A DNA stretch of 64,000 nt. It comes from Alkalibacterium sp. GTDB taxonomy: Bacteria > Bacillota > Bacilli > Lactobacillales > Carnobacteriaceae_A. A program made the translations under genes and the position numbers. The notes beneath the pieces were generated by a model. That model worked only from the letters and a program-made list of their open reading frames with translations. It did not search any database and was not told the origin of the DNA. The stretch lies in the NCBI GenBank assembly GCA_034520745.1, contig JAXHNF010000009.1, positions 15,587 through 79,586 on the forward strand. The letters are read 5' to 3'. Shown here in pieces: positions 33,195-44,865 of the stretch; the first letter of the stretch is position 1; each line of letters opens with the position of its first letter.

Positions 33195-34550
33195 ATGATA
33201 GAAGAACGCAAGACAAAAATATTCTGTCCACTATCATCTGCGTGCACCGCAGGGACTAATTCGAATGATCCAGGACGGCCTAATCTACTTCAAGGGACAG
33301 TATCACGTCTTTCTTCAGTGGAACCCTGAAGGCACGACCCATGCAAATAAGACATGGGGGCATGCCGTATCAGATGACCTGATTGAGTGGACTTATTTAG
33401 AACCTGCCCTGAAACCTGACTGGACTGGTTCGATGAGGACGGCTGCTATTCCGGCAGTGCTTTTGAGAAAGATGGCAAACTGTTTCTGTTTTACACAGGT
33501 AATGTCAGAAATGATAAAGGAGACAGAGAGAGCTATCAGTGTCTGGCTGTTTCAGAGGACGGCATTCACTTCGAAAAGAAAGGCCCGCTGTTTGACCATC
33601 CAGGCGACTGCACGGCTCATCTGAGGGATCCGAAAGTGTGGCAGCAGGATGATGTCTACTGGATGATCCTGGGTGCCCAGACACTGGATTTGAAAGGGAC
33701 CGCACTCCTGTACCGTTCAGACGATCTGCTCGGACTGGTCATTTCGCAGGTGAATTTACAGAATGCTTTACCTGATTTTGGCTACATGTGGGGAATGCCC
33801 GATGTATTGAAACTGGCTGAAAGGGATGTGTTTGTTTTTCACCTCAAGGTATAGAGCAAAAGGGTGACAAATACAAAAACATTTATCAAGACGGGCTGCA
33901 GTGTAGGACAGGTCCATCAGGGCGCGTTCACCGCAGACGGGGAAGAATTTACTGAAATGGACCGCGGCTTTGAATTCTACGCTCCCCAGTCGTTTCGAAA
34001 GACCAGTCTTGGGAGGACGACAATTCTTTCGGTGGATCGGAACCATGCTACAGCAACCTCAAGGCTAGCAGTGCCGGAGCAATCGGAAGATGGGTGGATC
34101 CAGGTGATCTGACACTTCCAAGAAGAAGCGAAACTTCGGTGATGGAAGACTCGTCCAGCAGCCTGTTCGAAGAATTAGAGGCATTGAGAAAGCAGTCGTC
34201 TGATTACCTTGAAGACGTTTACGGAAAGACGGCCTCACATTTTCGAGCACCGGGACTCCAGGAATTCGTCATTGCGTGGCACGAGGCAGCCTCATCCTTT
34301 TCGTGGACTCTTCGCAGTGAAGTGACAGTGAACTACGACTCAGCGGAGAAACGAGTCACTGTGGAACGGACGAACTGGGCTACGGGCAGCACGGGAAACG
34401 AGAAGCGTGACCTTGATGGCTCCTCTGAAAACAGTTCAGCTGTTTCTCGAGGATAAGCATGATGGAACTTTATCTGAATGACGGTCGTGAGGTCTTTGCG
34501 CTGACCGTATTTCAACGAAGAAGAACAGACCAGATGGGAATGGAAAAAAT
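33195..34550 (+). CDS. scrB: Sucrose-6-phosphate hydrolase, GH32 (many indels; end approximate)
   Basis: NDP-like motif, WGHAVSDDL, RDPKVW, GYMW, DRGFEFYAPQ fragments. Confidence 0.75.
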
Positions 34551-34711
34551 CCAGACTTGGCTGGAGCAGGTTTGAGTTCAGCTCGATGTGTTTGAACTGA
34601 AAAGAACACTTGAACTTTGACGAATTGTGCATTAGAACAGCAGCGCTCATACCCTGAAATGGGGACAGGCGCTGCTTTTACATTGTATGATTTAATCAAA
34701 ACTTTTTTTTA

Positions 34712-35662
34712 TCAGTTCACTTGAATTTTTCTGTTCCAGGATGATCTGGAGCTTGATTCGCGCTTTGATCCCTGTTCAGTACCGGGAGCGAAAATGGTGC
34801 CCAGTTCTTTCAGGTGTTTGCCGCCTCCTTTATAGGCATAAATATCTTGCGCAATACCATTAAAGGCCCGGGATGTTATAACGATAGCTACATGATTATT
34901 CAGCAGTTTTTTTATACCCGACAGTGTTTCCGGCGGCATGTTTCCCGCACCCAGTGCTTCGATCACTAACCCGTCAATATCGGCTGCAGCCAGTGCATCG
35001 AACAGCGTGCTGTCCATTCCTGCATAAGCTTTGATCAAACACACATTTTTAGTGATGGCTTCAATAGGATAAGTTTCATCGAAAACCAGTTTCTGATAGA
35101 AACGGACTTCATGCTTGGAAACGATACCTATGGGTCCGAAAGTCGGTGTCCGGAAGGTTGCGACATTGGTCGTGTGTGTTTTTGTAACGTAGCGGGCCGT
35201 ATGTATCTCTTCATTCATAACGACCAGCACGCCTTTGTCTTTTGCATCATCGGATAAAGCTGTCCAGATGGCATTTTGAAGGTTGCTGATGCCGTCTGAG
35301 CCGATCTCGTCAGTCGGCCGCATTGCGCCGGTCAATACGATGGGGAAAGGCGCATTTAAAGTCAGCTCCAGAAAGTAGGCGGTCTCTTCCAGTGTGTCCG
35401 TTCCATGTGTGATCACGGCGCCGTCATAGCGGTCGTCATCAACAGCTTCAGACAACCTTTTTTGGATGTCCAGCATATGATGAAGCGTGACATGCGGAGA
35501 TGGCAGCTGGAAAATGTCTTCTTCAACGATTTCGATGTTTTCTTCAAATAACTGACTGTACTTATGCAGTGGGTGTTCTTCGCTTGGCTTCACTGCGCCA
35601 GTTCTTTGATCGGTACTCATGGAGATCGTACCGCCGGTATGCAGAAGTAAGATTCGTTTCAC
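34712..35662 (-). CDS. L-asparaginase (3' end affected by indels)
   Basis: HTGGTISM, THGTDTLEET, TGAMR, GAGNMP; GTG start after GAGG. Confidence 0.9.
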   Translation of the reverse strand: MKRILLLHTGGTISMSTDQRTGAVKPSEEHPLHKYSQLFEENIEIVEEDIFQLPSPHVTLHHMLDIQKRLSEAVDDDRYDGAVITHGTDTLEETAYFLELTLNAPFPIVLTGAMRPTDEIGSDGISNLQNAIWTALSDDAKDKGVLVVMNEEIHTARYVTKTHTTNVATFRTPTFGPIGIVSKHEVRFYQKLVFDETYPIEAITKNVCLIKAYAGMDSTLFDALAAADIDGLVIEALGAGNMPPETLSGIKKLLNNHVAIVITSRAFNGIAQDIYAYKGGGKHLKELGTIFAPGTEQGSKRESSSRSSWNRKIQVN

Positions 35663-35663
35663 G

Positions 35664-36300
35664 CTATCGTTCCTCTCTGTTTCTGAAATATGGGTTTGTC
35701 CGCTTTTCGTAGCCGATCGTTGTTGCGTCTTTATGTCCGGGATAGACAGTAAAGTCATCCGGCAGGACTAAAAGGTTTTTTTCGACAGCCGGAATCAGTT
35801 TAACCGGGTCGCTGCCCGGCAGGTCCGTCCGTCCAATACTTCCCTTGAACAAGGCGTGCACCGGAGAAGACGCATTTATCTTCTCTGAAAATGAAACTGA
35901 CCCCGCCCGGAGAGTGACCGGGTGTTTCTGCGACTTCAAAAGTAAAGGGCCCGATGGATAGGGTTTCTTTCGGGTCGAAGGTGTATTCAGCTGGTTGAGC
36001 TTTGATTTCATGTGTACTGTAAACGGACAGGTTCAGACCCGGATCTCCCAGCCAGTCCTGTTCTTTAGGGCTGACATAAACAGGGATGTCATAATCCACA
36101 CGAATATCCTCCAGTGCACCGATATGATCATAATGGGTGTGCGTCAGTAAAATTGCCAGGGGTCTGACACCCAATGTTTCCAGTTCGTCTTTTATCTTGC
36201 TGGTTTCATCGCCCGGATCGATCACCAGGGCTTGAGCATCCGAATAGACGATATAACAGTTCTCTTCAATCACGCCAGTTTCGATCTGCTTCGACTTCAA
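35664..36300 (-). CDS. MBL-fold metallo-hydrolase (glyoxalase II-like/YqgX), indel near 35860
   Basis: ENCY, THTHYDHIG, TPGHSPG, GRTDLPG, VYPGH, EKRTNPY. Confidence 0.85.
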
Positions 36301-36441
36301 TCATTCACATGACCTCCTTCATTCATTACTCATTATAACCAAACAGAGGACGTCTGTCGAAATATAAGCAGATTAATTGAGTTTGTGATGACGTTATCAT
36401 AAACTGAAAGGTAGTGATAAAAATAGAAGGAGGAGTTCAAT

Positions 36442-36906
36442 ATGTCAACATCAGAAGTAAAAGATTGTCTTAATGGTATTTTAGCTACACAAGGGTTATT
36501 TTACACGAAGCTTCATCAGGCCCACTGGTACATCAAAGGGCACCATTTCTTTAACCTGCATGTGAAGCTGGAAGAATTTTATGATGAAATAACAGCACAC
36601 ATGGATGATACTGCAGAGAGACTGCTTCAGATCGGCGGAGAACCTTACTCAACACTCAAGCAGTTCATGGAACACTCGGCAATCCAGGAATCACCTGACA
36701 ACAAATATACGCCGGAAGAACCGGTTGTCAAAATGATCATCAAAGACTTTGAGATCCTGCGCGACGAACTGGCAAAAGGCATAGATCTGATAGACGAAAA
36801 TAACGATGATGTCTCTGTGGATATGCTGATTGGTCAAAAAGCTTATGTCGACCAGGCTATCTGGATGCTATGGGCTTATTCAGGCAAGAATGCTTTAGGC
36901 GAATAA
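36442..36906 (+). CDS. dps: Dps/Dpr ferritin-like protein
   Basis: KLHQAHWYIKG, LHVKLEEFY, DDTAERLLQIGG, WML. Confidence 0.92.
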   Translation: MSTSEVKDCLNGILATQGLFYTKLHQAHWYIKGHHFFNLHVKLEEFYDEITAHMDDTAERLLQIGGEPYSTLKQFMEHSAIQESPDNKYTPEEPVVKMIIKDFEILRDELAKGIDLIDENNDDVSVDMLIGQKAYVDQAIWMLWAYSGKNALGE

Positions 36907-36940
36907 TAAGCGATTAACTGAACCGTTTTTTAATAGCGAT

Positions 36941-36992
36941 AAAACAGGTTGTTTCTGCTCCTTTAGACGAGTGGGAAACAGTCTGTTTTTTT
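36941..36992 (+). terminator. dps terminator
   Basis: AAAACAGGTTGTTTC...GAAACAGTCTGTTTTTT. Confidence 0.7.
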
Positions 36993-37424
36993 GTCTTGGA
37001 TCAGAAGGGGACGGAATAGTGAGTCCTACTAGAAATTGTGTTTGAATTCAGTTCGTGCATACGTAACTGTCTGACACCGAGCTTATTTCTCATTTTTTGA
37101 AGTTCAGTTTTGTGGTGATCACTAAATGCATGAATGTCGTTAATGTTCAGTTTAGAATCGGTACGACCTGACTCGACAGATCACTTTATAATTTCAGTTC
37201 ACGGCTTTAACATTTCCTTGAACTGAATAAATCGGACATTTTGTCGAGTTCATTTTCTTCTACTGTAAGCTGAACCACTAAAAATCACCGCTTTGCTGCA
37301 TTTAAGACATAGGTTCATGAGTCAGATCCAAGCCGCTGTCGATTTAAAAATCAGTATGAAAAGTAGGTTTTTTTAGAAAAATATGATAGGATTATGATTA
37401 GTTAAAGAGCAAAGAAGGGTTACT

Positions 37425-37886
37425 ATGATAATCATTACAGATAATGAGCAGGATACAAAGACCGTAGCGGCATAGAATTACGCGGGCTTGCTGCAGCCGT
37501 CCATGACGGTTCTGCTGGAAGGTCAGCTCGGGGCTGGCAAGACAACCTTTACAAAAGGCCTTGCAGAAGGGCTTGGAATAAAAAGAGTGATAAAAAGTCC
37601 GACGTATACACTGATCAAGGAATACACCGACGGGATGCTGCCGCTTTACCATATGGATCTGTACCGGCTGGAGGATGCTGAAGACGAAGACCTGGGCCTG
37701 GAAGAATATTTTTATGGAGACGGTGTAACGATCGTCGAGTGGGGATCTTTCATGAAAGAAGACCTGCCTGAAGAGCATTTACTGATTCAGATAAACGTTC
37801 TGAACGGTGCAGAGCAGCGGGAACTGATCATTACAGGGCATGGGAAAAAATACAGCGATATAGTGGGGCGGTTGGAAAATGAGTGA
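37425..37886 (+). CDS. tsaE: tRNA threonylcarbamoyladenosine biosynthesis ATPase TsaE (indel near 5' end)
   Basis: GQLGAGKTT, KSPTYTLI, HMDLYRL, VEW. Confidence 0.92.
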
Positions 37887-38401
37887 AGCACTGGACTGTA
37901 CCATACGTGAAGCCATACCAGCGGATGCTGCGCGAGGTTTTGAGGCTGCTGAATGAAACAGCGACTCAGACGGGGTTTATGACTCAGGGATCTGAGGGTG
38001 TGGGAATCACTACTGAAGAAGAAGAGAAGCAGCTTGCCGATATTTATGAGTCATCGAACAACTGTGTGTTCGTGGCGACTTGCAGAGCGATAAGGTCATC
38101 GGGATCGCTCTCGATCCACGCTTCCGACAAACCTAAGATCAGGCATATTGGGGACATCGGCATCGTTATAGACAAAGCTTACTGGGGCTATGGTCTTGGT
38201 ACACTGATGATGGAGGAACTGCTGCTGTGGGCAGATGAATCACCCGTACTCAGCCGTCTGCAGCTGCAGGTACAGGAACGGAACACGCGGGCAAGGCACA
38301 TGTATGAGAAGCTCGGATTCAAGCTGGAAACCATCATGGAACGCGGCGTTAGAGATGAAGGAGACTATCTCAACGTCTGTCTTATGAGCAAATTGATATG
38401 A
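37879..38401 (+). CDS. GNAT acetyltransferase (indels near 5' end)
   Basis: MSEALDCTIREA start from ATG 37879; YWGYGLG, NTRA..MYEKLGF; usual tsaE neighbour in Lactobacillales. Confidence 0.75.
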
Positions 38402-38437
38402 AAAAATCAGCCGGGAGCAGATCCCGGCTGTTTTTTT
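38402..38437. terminator. Bidirectional terminator
   Basis: AAAAATCAGCCGGGA...TCCCGGCTGTTTTTTT. Confidence 0.8.
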
Positions 38438-38446
38438 AGTCAATTA

Positions 38447-38971
38447 TTATTTGATAAAACGTTCCAGAGAGTGAGGTCCGAACTCTTTTTCCTGATTCAG
38501 TAGGATGGATGCACTTGCACGGGCATCGTCAAGTGCGTGGTGATGGTTAAGGGAAATGCCGTAATGTGCCGCAACGGTGTTCAGCTTGTGATTCGGCAGT
38601 TCACGCAGGAGTGCACGGGAGGACTGTACTGTACATAATGTTTTGAACCGAGGGGCACTCACGCCGTAATGTGATAACGTTCCTGTTAATATGCGTTTGT
38701 CAAAAGGCATATTGTGCGCAATGACCAGCTGATCGGGTGTGAAGTACTGTTTCAGGTCGTTCCATACTTCAGGGAACTTCGGCGCATCGTAAACATCTGT
38801 TTCTCTGATACCGTGTATCTGCGTGTTGAAGCGGTCAAACCATGTTTCCGGCTGTATAAGCGTGTAGTATTCATCGATGATTTTGCTGTCTCTGACAATA
38901 GTCAAAGCGACTGAACAGGCGCTGTGGGACTGACGGTTGGCTGTTTCAAAATCAATTGCTGTAAAATTCAT
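38447..38971 (-). CDS. DEDDh 3'-5' exonuclease (DnaQ-like)
   Basis: AIDFETAN, IHGI, AHN..FD, HHALDDA. Confidence 0.88.
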   Translation of the reverse strand: MNFTAIDFETANRQSHSACSVALTIVRDSKIIDEYYTLIQPETWFDRFNTQIHGIRETDVYDAPKFPEVWNDLKQYFTPDQLVIAHNMPFDKRILTGTLSHYGVSAPRFKTLCTVQSSRALLRELPNHKLNTVAAHYGISLNHHHALDDARASASILLNQEKEFGPHSLERFIK

Positions 38972-39132
38972 ATCATTTAACCTCTTTTTTTCGTTGTTGT
39001 TTAGTCATTACAGTATAGCATGATTCACAGTAGATTCAAGATTAACATTATTGAAAGAGTGAGCGTTCTTTCTGTAGAAAAATAGAACCCGCCGAAACTC
39101 TCTAAAGAGTCCCGGCGGGTTCTGGTTTATAT

Positions 39133-41772
39133 TTAGGCTGGTTTTATAAGGTAAAACAATTTTTCTCAGTTCTAGAATAATCGTTGTTGCAAAGGCTAAC
39201 CCAGCCGCGATAGCCCATTCGGTCAAGCCGAATGCAGCGGGGATGGAGAAGACGCTTCTGACGGCAGGTAGAAGTGTGATTCCGTACAGGCCCATCCCGG
39301 CAATAAACGCCATAATGACAAACTTATTACTGAAAAATCCGGCACCGATACTCGTCTGGACATTGGAACGAGCCGGGAACACTTGAAGTGTCCGAGACAA
39401 TATCAATGTCGTAAAGGCCATGGCCACACTCATTTCTTCCGATATCTGAAGTCCGATATACTGCGAAATGATGACAGCCGTGCCTATAAGCACCCCACGA
39501 AACGCAACGATCCTGAAGGTATTGCCTGAGAATATCGATTCATCAGGATCCCTAGGTTTTTGTTCCATAACGTTCTTTTCTGCCGGTTCCAGTCCTAAGG
39601 CGATAGCTGGCATTGAGTCATTGACCAGATTGATAAAAAGCAGCTGCAGCGCTGTGAACGGGCTGACCCAGTTCACTACCAGGGCAAATATGATAGCAAT
39701 GACAGCACCCAGATTCCCTGAGAACAGGTAGGCGATCGATTTTTTGATATTGCTGTAAATGGTACGTCCGACAGCAATCGCACAGGACGATGGAGACGAA
39801 ATTGTCATCAGTCAGGATCATGGCTGAAGCATCTTTGGCCACGTCCGTCCCGCTACCCATCGCGATACCAATATCGGCCTGCTTCAGAGCCGGTGCATCA
39901 TTGACGCCGTCACCCGTCATGGCAGTGATCTGGTTTTTGTTCTCCCAGGCTGTCACGATACGGATTTTATTTTCCGGTGTTACACGGGCGTAAACGGTGA
40001 TGTCTTCGAGCTGATCCATCAGCTCTTCTTCGGACAAGTCATCCAGCTCCTGCCCGGTATAAGCAAGGTCGCCTTCTTTGAAAATGTTCAGATCACGTCC
40101 GATCGCACGGGCGGTGGTTTTGTGGTCACCTGTGATCATGACGGTTCGCACGCCCGCGTTAGCGGCATCTTCTACGGCGTGATAAACGGCTTCACGCGGT
40201 GGGTCGATCATAGCGAGCAGACCGATGAAAATCAGATCGTCTTCATCCTCGATGCTGACTTCATTTGTGTCGATCGGCTTATAGGCAAAAGCCAGGACAC
40301 GCATCGCCTGGTTGGAGAAATCCTCGTTTTTCTGTTTCAGTTCTTCCAGACGTTCTTCTGTCAGTTCGACGATCTCGCCGTTCATCTTGACTCTTGAACA
40401 CAGCTTGAACAGTACATCAGGTCCACCTTTTGTCAGAAGACCGTTTTTCTCCGTCGATTTCATGAACGGTGGACATGCGTTTGCGGCTGGAGTCAAAAGG
40501 AAGCTCGGCTGAGTCTCGTATACTTCTCTCTCAGGGAGTTGTATGGAAGGTCCTGTTTGTTGCTGTAAGCGATCAGAGCGACTTCTGTAGGGTCACCGCT
40601 GGATTCACCTTTTTCATTGATATTGGAGTCGTTTGCCAGAACAGCTATTTCCATCAGTATCTTTTCTGACTCTGTCCAGGTGCTGCTGTCTCCGGAGAAA
40701 AGATGAGATTCGCCATTTGGAATGTATTCATCCACGACGGTCATTTTATTCTGTGTCAGGGTCCCGGTTTTATCGGTACAAATCACGCTGGTGGAACCGA
40801 GCGTTTCGACTGCCGGCAGCTGTCTGATGATCGCATGCTGCTTGGCCATTTTATTTGTTCCGACTGACAGAACGATTGTTACGATGGACTGCAGAGCTTC
40901 CGGGATCGCTGCGACGGCAACGGCCGCAGCGAACATGAAGGCATTAAGCAGGGGCACGGTCACATCCTGTGCGTCTCCGAGTAAGATACGTGCAGCCTGG
41001 ATACCAAAAATAACGACAGACAGCAGTAAGTATAAATATACCCAGTTTCTTGCTGAATTGTGCCAGCTGTCTCTGCAGAGGCGTCTGCTTGGCAGAGGCA
41101 TTCTGAACGAGTTCGGCAACCTTACCCATTTCCGTTTTTTCACCGGTCGATGTCACGACCATCATTCCGCGGCCGGCAGTGACCATCGTACTGCTGTAAA
41201 CCATATTGATACGGTCAGCGAGCGGGATGTCTTCGTCCAATGCTTTATCTGTTTTCTCGGAAGGCATGGACTCACCGGTCAAAGCACCTTCTTCGACTTG
41301 AAGCGATTCGGCTTTCGATCAGTCGTCCGTCGGCAGGGATGTTATCTCCGGCTTCCAGTGCGACGACGTCACCAACGGTCAGTTCTCTGGCTTCGATCTG
41401 TTTTGTTTTGCCGTCACGATAGACATTTGCCGTCGGAGCGGACATTTTTTCCAGAGACTCGAGTGAATCCTCAGCTTTTTTTGTCTGAACCACACTTAAA
41501 ATGGCGTTCAAGATCAATACAACAAAGATGATCAGTGATTCGATCCATTCGCCAATGACTACCTGAACGATTGCTACAATAAGTAAAACGATGACCATGG
41601 GATCTTTAAAGGTTTCCAGAAACATGGAGAGGATAGATTTCTTTTCTTTACGGCTGATTTCATTGTAACCGTGTTCTTCCAGTCGTTTGTCCACCTCCGA
41701 CTGGCTGAGACCTTCTCTGGAAGAACCGATGGATTCCAGTACGTTGTCTTTTGTTTCCTGATAATAATTCAT
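39133..41772 (-). CDS. Cation-translocating P-type II ATPase (YoaB-like, Ca2+/Mn2+), several indels; stop approximate
   Basis: TGES, AAIPEAL, DKTGTLT, MIDPPR, MITGD, TGDGVNDAPAL, LFINLVND. Confidence 0.9.
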
Positions 41773-41799
41773 TGCTTTATCCTTTCTATGATGAAGTAA

Positions 41800-41933
41800 A
41801 ATAAAAAGAGACGCATACGGAATAAACGATGGCTGATCCGTATACGTCTCACTATTTAATACAGCACCAGCAGATAATCAGTCTACGAATGGTGGCACTG
41901 TAACAGATTTTCACTGCAAGTTACTCCCGCATA
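41800..41933 (-). ncRNA. yybP-ykoY (Mn2+) riboswitch with expression-platform terminator
   Basis: Minus strand AUGCGGGAGUAAC...ACAGUGCCACCAUU...CUGGUGCUGU...UAGUGAGACGUAU, overlapping terminator GAGACGUAUACGGA/UCCGUAUGCGUCUC-U5; upstream of a P-type ATPase as for L. lactis yoaB. Confidence 0.85.
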
Positions 41934-41956
41934 TATAATATTTAAATGTCTAACTT

Positions 41957-41985
41957 ATTATAATTAAGTCATCTATGAAAAGCAA
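41957..41985 (-). promoter_or_regulatory. Sigma-A promoter for the riboswitch/ATPase transcript
   Basis: Minus strand TTGCTT-17 bp-TATAAT. Confidence 0.7.
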
Positions 41986-42329
41986 GTATATTGTTTCATA
42001 TGATCTGTAAATCAAGACTCATGACATCATCATGATCTTGAAGTGATATTATGTTTGATATCGAAGATTGATACGCGTCCTATCTGGTCAGTGAAAATCT
42101 TACGCTCTCTCTACTTTTATTATCCCGTCACATTGATCTGAGTAAAGAAATACAGTGAAAATGTGAAGAATATGTTGAAAGAAGCAGTCAACAGACGATG
42201 AAGTGACAAATATTCTTTATTTCTACACATCTGGATAGAATAGTGTTAAAATAAATCTGATTATTCAATTATGAAATAAAGTTGAAACCTACTCAGAGTA
42301 TCTATCCAATGAGAGGAATAACTAAACCT

Positions 42330-43332
42330 ATGATGACTAAAGACTTAATCAAAGCCTTTCCGATGCGAATATAAAAGAAAATGAACCATTGTCAAGGTAT
42401 ACATATACCAAAACAGGCGGACCTGCGGATGCTCTGATTTTTCCCAAGAGCAAGGAGGAAGTCCAGGCCCTGGTAAAATGGCTGAGTGACAATGACTGGC
42501 CTATGACTGTTTTGGGCAATGCGAGCAATCTGATCGTCAAAGATGGCGGGATCCGCGGCGCCACCATTATTCTGACAGACATGAATCAGATCACGATTTC
42601 CGACAACAGCATCCGTGTGCTGACAGGAGCGCCCTGATCGAAGTCAGCAAACGGGCCTATGAAGCTGAACTCACGGGACTGGAGTTTGCCTGCGGTATCC
42701 CGGGCAGTGTAGGCGGTGCTGTTTACATGAATGCCGGTGCTTACGGCGGTGAAGGTCAAAGAAGTGATCAGACGTGTCACTGTACTGACGCGTGAAGGCG
42801 AAATGAAGGAAATGATCGATGATGACATGGAGTTTGAATATCGCCACAGTATTCTTCAAGAATCAGATCGATATCGCTCTGGAAGTCGTATTTGAACTGG
42901 AGCCGGGTGACAAAGAAGAAATCAAAGCTAAAATGGATGAACTGACCTATCTGCGAACGTCCAAGCAGCCGCTGGAATACCCTTCCTGCGGGTCAGTGTT
43001 CAAGCGTCCGACAGGTTATTTCACAGGTAAGCTGATTCAGGATGCCGGTCTGCAGGGCTTCACGTGGGGCGGAGCGCAGGTTTCCGAGAAACACGCCGGC
43101 TTTATCGTTAATATCAATAACGCAACGGCAACTGATTATGTCGAGCTTGATCGAGCATATCCAGGAAGTTATACTGGAAAAAGACGGTGTGACACTGGAA
43201 ACAGAAGTGAAGATCATCGGAGAAGATCTCGTCACTGATACAGATGCCAACCGTGCCCTGATTGCAAAGGCAAAGGAAACGCTGAAAGCAAAATTCAATA
43301 AAATTCTGTTGACCAGAGAAACAACAGAATAA
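42330..43332 (+). CDS. murB: UDP-N-acetylenolpyruvoylglucosamine reductase MurB (several indels)
   Basis: [66 protein letters not shown]. Confidence 0.92.
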
Positions 43333-43453
43333 CAGGTAGAATTCCACACAACCGTACGTCCTGACTGTTGCGTGGAATTTTTTTGTAAAAATCACTGCAT
43401 ACAGCCTCACTCATGTTATATTGAATAGACATTAATATAATGGAGGTTTTTTT

Positions 43454-44376
43454 ATGAAAATTGGTGTCATAGGACTGGGTACGATTGCTCAGAAAGCGTA
43501 TCTGCCTGTTTATACGACAGAATTTCCGGAACATGAATGGTTTTTTTCCACACGGAATCAGAAAACACTGAAGGATTTAGGAAAAAATACGGGGTGCCAA
43601 AGGACCGTCAGTTTACCGACTGGCAGGAGCTTCTGGACCGGGTGGATATGGTTTTCGTTCATACCCCTACAGACACACACGAAGACGTCTGCCGTGCGTT
43701 TCTGAAGAAAAGGATCCCGACATTTGTAGACAAACCGCTGACTGAACATGTTGAAAGCACAAAAGCGCTCTTGGATTTTGCAGCTGGTCAGGAGACCCTG
43801 CTGATGACCGGATTCAATCGCCGCTTCGCTCCAATGGTCCAGTCGATGAAGCAGCTGCCAGACAAGAATCACCTTATCCTGCAGAAAAACCAGGTTGACA
43901 GCACTGATTTTGACGTAAGATACCGCATATATGATATGATGATCCACCCGCTGGACACGGCTCTTTATTTGCTGGGTGAACCGGCTGAAGTGACTGCGTC
44001 CCGAGTTGTCAAAGAAGCTAACCGGTTTTCCCGTGCGTGGGTCCTATTGGAAACGTCGAAAGCAACAGCCTATGTTTCAGTCAACAATGAATCCGGGACC
44101 AAACTGGAAAAATATGAGGTGCAGGGCAAGTCAGAAACGGTCATACTTGAAAACCTGACCGACAAGACGAGTTACAAAGGGAATGAATCCATCAGTACCC
44201 AAGCCGGCGACTGGGTGACCACACTAGAAAAAGGGGCTTTGTACCGATGATCAAAGCCTTCATCCAGGCTGTCGAAACTGGAGGGGAAGAATCCGGTGAC
44301 ATTGGACAGTGTTCTCCATAGTCATGAAATCTGTGAAACGATCATTTCAAATCATGAAAAAAGCGAGCAGAGCTGA
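43454..44376 (+). CDS. Gfo/Idh/MocA oxidoreductase (MviM/YceM-like), indels
   Basis: GLGTIAQKAYLP, VDKP, GFNRRFAP, DMMIHPLD. Confidence 0.85.
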
Positions 44377-44831
44377 TGGATCATGTCAGGGATTTGAGAG
44401 AAAAAGTCGGGCATGAGACACTGATATTGAACGGCTCGGTCGCCTTTATCCTGAATGACGAAAAAGAAATCCTGCTCCAGCGGCGGCCGGATAAGTCCTG
44501 GGGGCTGCCCGGCGGATTGATGGAGCTGGGAGAAAGCTTTGAAGAGACCTTGATCAGAGAAGTGAGAGAAGAAACAAATCTGACAGTCACTGAATATGAG
44601 TTTATGGCTGTTCTTTCCGGCAGAGACTACTTTGTCGAACTGGCAAACGGCGATAAATATTACTCAGTGACAGCCCTGTATCATGTCACCGCTTATGAAG
44701 GAAGACTTGAAAGCCGTTCGGACGAATCCGTCCAGCTGGCCTATTTTCCTCTTGATGATATTCCCGAAGATATGAATTCCAGATGGCGAAAGTTTTTAGA
44801 TACGTTTAGAGAAAAGTACAACAGTCACTGA
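44376..44831 (+). CDS. NUDIX hydrolase
   Basis: WGLPGGLMELGESFEETLIREVREETNL Nudix box. Confidence 0.9.
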   Translation: MDHVRDLREKVGHETLILNGSVAFILNDEKEILLQRRPDKSWGLPGGLMELGESFEETLIREVREETNLTVTEYEFMAVLSGRDYFVELANGDKYYSVTALYHVTAYEGRLESRSDESVQLAYFPLDDIPEDMNSRWRKFLDTFREKYNSH

Positions 44832-44865
44832 ATAGGGAACCTTCACTCTGATAAAGAATCTGAAA

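Noticed and set aside
42013-42041. Hairpin TCAAGA-CTCATGA...TCATGA-TCTTGA between the ATPase and murB promoters
   Set aside because: Single imperfect palindrome with no second copy or known consensus; insufficient evidence.
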